From an uncultured bacterium (GTDB taxonomy: Bacteria; Bacillota_I; Bacilli_A; RFN20; CAG-826), in contig CASEKC010000001.1 of assembly GCA_949288485.1 (NCBI GenBank), positions 7,070 to 71,069 on the forward strand: a stretch of DNA of 64,000 bases, written 5' to 3'. Below, piece by piece: positions 60,209 through 64,000 of this stretch. The translations under genes and the position numbers were made by a program. Under the pieces are notes generated by a model. That model worked only from the letters and a program-made list of their open reading frames with translations, was not told where the DNA came from and did not search any database. How positions within the stretch are numbered: position 1 is the stretch's first letter; the number at the start of each line of letters is the position of its first letter.

Positions 60209-60237
60209 ATGTGTTTTTTGTGATATATTTATAAACT

Positions 60238-62052
60238 ATGGAATATAAAAAGGAACTTATTAGAAATTTTTCAATTATCGCACATATTGATCATGGTAAG
60301 TCAACGCTTGCTGATCGAATTTTAGAATTGACTGAAACAATTGAAAAACGTGAAATGAAAGACCAAATTCTTGATTCTATGGATTTAGAAAGAGAAAGAG
60401 GTATTACTATAAAACTCAATGCTGTAACTATTCGTTATAATTCTCTTGATGGAAATTCCTATATTTTTAATTTAATTGATACTCCTGGGCATGTCGACTT
60501 TACTTATGAAGTATCTCGCTCATTAGCAGCTTGCGAAGGAGCTGTTTTAGTTGTTGATGCTACTCAAGGAATTGAAGCCCAAACGTTAGCAAATTTATAT
60601 TTAGCTGTTGATAATGATTTAAGTATTATACCTGTTATAAACAAGATTGATTTACCATCTGCACGAATTGATTTTTGTAAAGAAGAAATTACTGAAAGAA
60701 TAGGAATTGATGGCGATAGCGCAATTCCAGTTAGTGCTAAAACTGGTGAAAATATCCGTGAAATATTAGAAAGAATTGTAAAAGATGTTCCTGCTCCTAG
60801 TGGGGATAATAATAATCCATTAAAAGCGTTAATATTTGATAGTTTTTATGATTCTTATAGAGGGGTAGTTATTTTAATAAGAATTAAAGATGGCTGCGTC
60901 CATGTTGGCGATGAAATTAAACTCATGAGAAGCGGAGCTGTTTTTAAAGTTACAGAATTAGGAATTAGAACCCCTAAAGAAGTTACTAAAGATACTTTAT
61001 ATTGTGGAGAAGTTGGATATTTATGCGCACAAATTAAAGATATTAAAGATGTAGATGTCGGCGATACTATAACAACTTTAAACAATGAAGCAAAAGAAGC
61101 TTTACCTGGTTATAGAAAAATAAATCCAATGGTTTATTGTGGTATTTATCCAACTGATTCTAGAAAATATGAAGAATTAAAGGAAGCATTAGAAAAACTT
61201 TGTTTAAGTGATTCTTCTTTACGTTTTGAACCTGAAACATCTCAAGCTTTGGGTTTTGGTTTTAGATGTGGATTTTTAGGTCTTTTGCATATGGATGTTA
61301 TTCAAGAACGTCTAGAAAGAGAATACGGTTTAGATTTAATTTTGACTGCTCCAAGCGTTATTTATAAAGTTTTTATGACTGATGGAAGCGTTATTAATCT
61401 TGATAACCCATCTAAAATGCCAGATTTAACATTGATTAATCATATCGAAGAACCTTATGTAACGGCTTCTATTATGACCCCAGAAGAGTATATTGGTCCA
61501 ATTATGCAACTTTGCCAAGATAAAAGAGGTATCTACATTGACCAACAATATTTTGATCAAACAAGAAGAGTCATCGTTTATGAAATTCCTTTAAATGAAA
61601 TAATTTATAATTTCTTTGATAAATTAAAATCATATACTAAGGGATATGCTTCCTTAGATTATGAAATGAATGAATATAAACAATCTAATTTAGCGAAAAT
61701 GGATATTTTATTAAATGGAGATGTAATTGATGCTCTTTCTTCGATTGTTTATAAACCAGATGCTTATAAAAAAGGTTTAAAATTGGTTTCTAAATTGAAA
61801 GAGGTTATTCCTCGTCAACAATTTGAAGTTCCTGTTCAAGCTGCAATAAATGGGAAAGTAATTGCTCGTTGTGATATTAAAGCTGTTAGAAAGGATGTTT
61901 TAGCTAAATGTTATGGTGGAGATATCTCAAGAAAAAGAAAACTTTTAGAAAAACAAAAAGAAGGAAAGAAGAGAATGAAAATGGTTGGAAGTGTCGAACT
62001 TCCTCAAGAAGCCTTCATGTCAATACTTAGTGTTGATGACGATAAAGATTAA
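60238..62052 (+). CDS. lepA: Elongation factor 4
   Basis: [58 protein letters not shown]. Confidence 0.98.
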   Translation: MEYKKELIRNFSIIAHIDHGKSTLADRILELTETIEKREMKDQILDSMDLERERGITIKLNAVTIRYNSLDGNSYIFNLIDTPGHVDFTYEVSRSLAACEGAVLVVDATQGIEAQTLANLYLAVDNDLSIIPVINKIDLPSARIDFCKEEITERIGIDGDSAIPVSAKTGENIREILERIVKDVPAPSGDNNNPLKALIFDSFYDSYRGVVILIRIKDGCVHVGDEIKLMRSGAVFKVTELGIRTPKEVTKDTLYCGEVGYLCAQIKDIKDVDVGDTITTLNNEAKEALPGYRKINPMVYCGIYPTDSRKYEELKEALEKLCLSDSSLRFEPETSQALGFGFRCGFLGLLHMDVIQERLEREYGLDLILTAPSVIYKVFMTDGSVINLDNPSKMPDLTLINHIEEPYVTASIMTPEEYIGPIMQLCQDKRGIYIDQQYFDQTRRVIVYEIPLNEIIYNFFDKLKSYTKGYASLDYEMNEYKQSNLAKMDILLNGDVIDALSSIVYKPDAYKKGLKLVSKLKEVIPRQQFEVPVQAAINGKVIARCDIKAVRKDVLAKCYGGDISRKRKLLEKQKEGKKRMKMVGSVELPQEAFMSILSVDDDKD

Positions 62053-62245
62053 ATAGTATATACATATAATATATTTAGGGATTATAGGATTTCCCACCCT
62101 TTGTATACAAGAATGCTAAAAAAATAAATTTTATTCACTTTTTCGTAAATTTTTTTATCTATTTAAATTTTTTTTAGTAGTTTTCTAGTATTTTGCCTTT
62201 ATTATTTTAGTAATTTTATATAGAATATTACTAGAGGTTTTTTAT

Positions 62246-63628
62246 ATGGCAAATTATGAATTAGCAATTAAATATAGCAATGATGTTTATGCTACAAAAA
62301 AAGAAGTCGCTGATTATATGAGAACACCTATGGTTGATAGTATTTGGCAAAATATTTTGGACTATCGTTCTCATTTTATGAAAACTACTGAATTAAAGCA
62401 TATTACAGGCGATCTTTATTCAATATGTTTAACACCTGGAATTAATGAAAAAATAAATAATATTGAAAGAAGAATGATGAGATTATATTCTCAATATATT
62501 CGTTTAATAATTAACAAAAGCGATGAAATTTTTCGCCGACTTTCTTATAAAGATATTTTAGAAGTTGTAGCTAAAAATTATAATTTAACTTTAGATGAAA
62601 TATCTTTAAATAGAATTTTAAGTAAAAATGTTGAGGCTATACCTCCTGAATTAATGGTAATTTATCATTATTATTTAGCTCTTGAATATATGAGTAAAAA
62701 TTATAGTGTTGATTTTAGTGCGGAAACTTATAAAAATTATTTAAATATTATTCAAGGTATTGATTCATCAGCATTTAGAAATAGTGAAATTACTAATATT
62801 TTATCTAAAAGTTTAATTAATAAACTTTATTTAGGAATTCCTGTTTCTTCTATTGATAAAGCAATGGAATCCTTAAATTTATTTTTAAGAAATAATACTT
62901 TTGGTATGTTTATAAAAGCTTCCTGCGTATTATATTTTACTTATTATGTAAAACCTATGGAGACTTATAGTGAGGATTTAGCTATCTTAGCTTTAAAAAA
63001 TATTTTAGCTAATAATGGATTAGATGAGTTAGCTTCCACATTTAATTTTGAAGAATTATTATCAAATAAGGAAGAATTAGAAAAACATATTTTAGAATCT
63101 CAAAAAAATTTGGATTTAACTTATGTTTTAATGTATTTAATTAATAAGACTGAACTTATATTAGATAAAGCGTTAAAATTATTAGGAAATACTAAGGCTA
63201 GCGAAATCAGTAAAGAAATGTTTGAAGAAGATGTAAAAGTTACTTCAATTATGCCTGATTTAAGCGATTTAGATGAAAAAGTAGAAGTTAGAAATAATTC
63301 ATCGAAAAATAATTATGAAGAAAGTGCCTTAAATTTAAATAAAACAATTGCTATTCAAACACTTCCTACTGGATTAAGCGAAGCCGAGGCAAAAACATTA
63401 GAAGAACATTTATTAGAAATGAATCCTAATTTATCTCATGGTCAAGCTTATTTTTATGCTCGTCATTGTACAATAGGAATGTCTTATACAATTTCTCAAT
63501 ATAAAAAAGAAGTTGGTTGTGCATATGAAACAGCTAGAAGCTCAATGGATAAATTGGTTTATTTAGGTTATTACAAAAAAGAAATTTTAAAGAATAAATT
63601 TATTTATATACCTGTTAAGAAAAAATAG
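62246..63628 (+). CDS. Fic-fold-like protein with degenerate active site and C-terminal HTH
   Basis: FIKASCVLYFTYYVKPMETYSEDLAIL aligns by eye to the Fic core; TISQYKKEVGCAYETARSSMDKLVYLG is winged-HTH-like. Confidence 0.6.
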   Translation: MANYELAIKYSNDVYATKKEVADYMRTPMVDSIWQNILDYRSHFMKTTELKHITGDLYSICLTPGINEKINNIERRMMRLYSQYIRLIINKSDEIFRRLSYKDILEVVAKNYNLTLDEISLNRILSKNVEAIPPELMVIYHYYLALEYMSKNYSVDFSAETYKNYLNIIQGIDSSAFRNSEITNILSKSLINKLYLGIPVSSIDKAMESLNLFLRNNTFGMFIKASCVLYFTYYVKPMETYSEDLAILALKNILANNGLDELASTFNFEELLSNKEELEKHILESQKNLDLTYVLMYLINKTELILDKALKLLGNTKASEISKEMFEEDVKVTSIMPDLSDLDEKVEVRNNSSKNNYEESALNLNKTIAIQTLPTGLSEAEAKTLEEHLLEMNPNLSHGQAYFYARHCTIGMSYTISQYKKEVGCAYETARSSMDKLVYLGYYKKEILKNKFIYIPVKKK

Positions 63629-63660
63629 TGTATTATTATAAATAACTTTAGGAGAAAAAA

Positions 63661-63909
63661 ATGGTATTAGATTTTCTTTCGGAAAACAATTGGATTATTT
63701 TAGTCGCAGTTATTGTTTTAGCTGTTATAATCGGGGGAATTGCATTACTTATTCATAAAATTTTAAATAAAAATAAAGTTGATGAAAAACCTACTGAAGA
63801 ACAAATAGCTTCTGAAACAATGGATCGTTATTTAGAAGATGTAAATGATGATAAGACTAAAGAAGAATTTGAAAAATACGAAAATGAAAAGGAAAAAGAA
63901 GATAAATAG
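63661..63909 (+). CDS. Small single-pass membrane protein
   Basis: AGGAG RBS, one TM helix, acidic tail. Confidence 0.75.
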   Translation: MVLDFLSENNWIILVAVIVLAVIIGGIALLIHKILNKNKVDEKPTEEQIASETMDRYLEDVNDDKTKEEFEKYENEKEKEDK

Positions 63910-64000
63910 TTTATATATTCATATTCCTTTCTGCTCAAATATATGTCCTTATTGTGATTTTGTAAAATTAATCAAAAATGATTTATTTATAAAACAATAT
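63884..64000 (+). CDS. hemW: Radical SAM heme chaperone HemW (5' part, truncated by window)
   Basis: MKRKKKINSLYIHIPFCSNICPYCDF: CxxxCxxC motif; usual lepA neighbourhood. Confidence 0.85.
   Translation, partial: MKRKKKINSLYIHIPFCSNICPYCDFVKLIKNDLFIKQY

Noticed and set aside
2441..61085. Short ORFs overlapping real genes (e.g. 2441-2752, 5540-5803, 8235-8498, 23146-23391, 34236-34499, 45375-45653, 51422-51682, 60855-61085)
   Set aside because: Antisense or alternate-frame shadows with no recognisable motifs or RBS.
62055..62095. dif-like site after lepA
   Set aside because: Only loose similarity to the Bacillota dif consensus with wrong arm spacing; explicable by AT richness.

Overview
Very AT-rich bacterial chromosomal segment, by inference from a reduced-genome Bacillota (Bacilli/Mollicutes-like lineage). 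TGA is used as a stop codon. It has two parts. (1) 1-15.1 kb is a decaying accessory/defence island: a WYL regulator, a DUF3644 (HEPN-like) gene, tandem DUF262 (GmrSD-like) genes, a calcineurin-like phosphoesterase, RelB/DinJ plus a frameshifted Doc, HD-domain and XRE genes, a GDPD, a Zn-ribbon multi-domain protein and about six pseudogenes. (2) 15.2-64 kb is an intact housekeeping backbone: cysK/cysE, rimP-nusA-ylxR-infB-rbfA, ttcA, ribF, rpsO, ABC exporter pair, pnp, rnj, ftsK, acpS, pulA, plsC, rsmF, pdp, rarA, dtd, mnmA, T-box-alaS, ruvX, greA, comEA/comEC, holA, rpsT, fmt, DinG-like helicase, lepA, hemW start. The strongest leads are: a ~250-nt GC-enriched multi-helix candidate ncRNA with a terminator directly upstream of the phosphoesterase; in-frame CGG codons found only in island genes, mostly at Trp-expected positions (possible CGG=Trp); three copies of a 33-47 bp palindrome bracketing two-gene modules; a glycerate kinase/DNA glycosylase fusion; and a catalytically degenerate Fic-HTH protein. 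All family calls come from motif recognition by eye; no searches were run.
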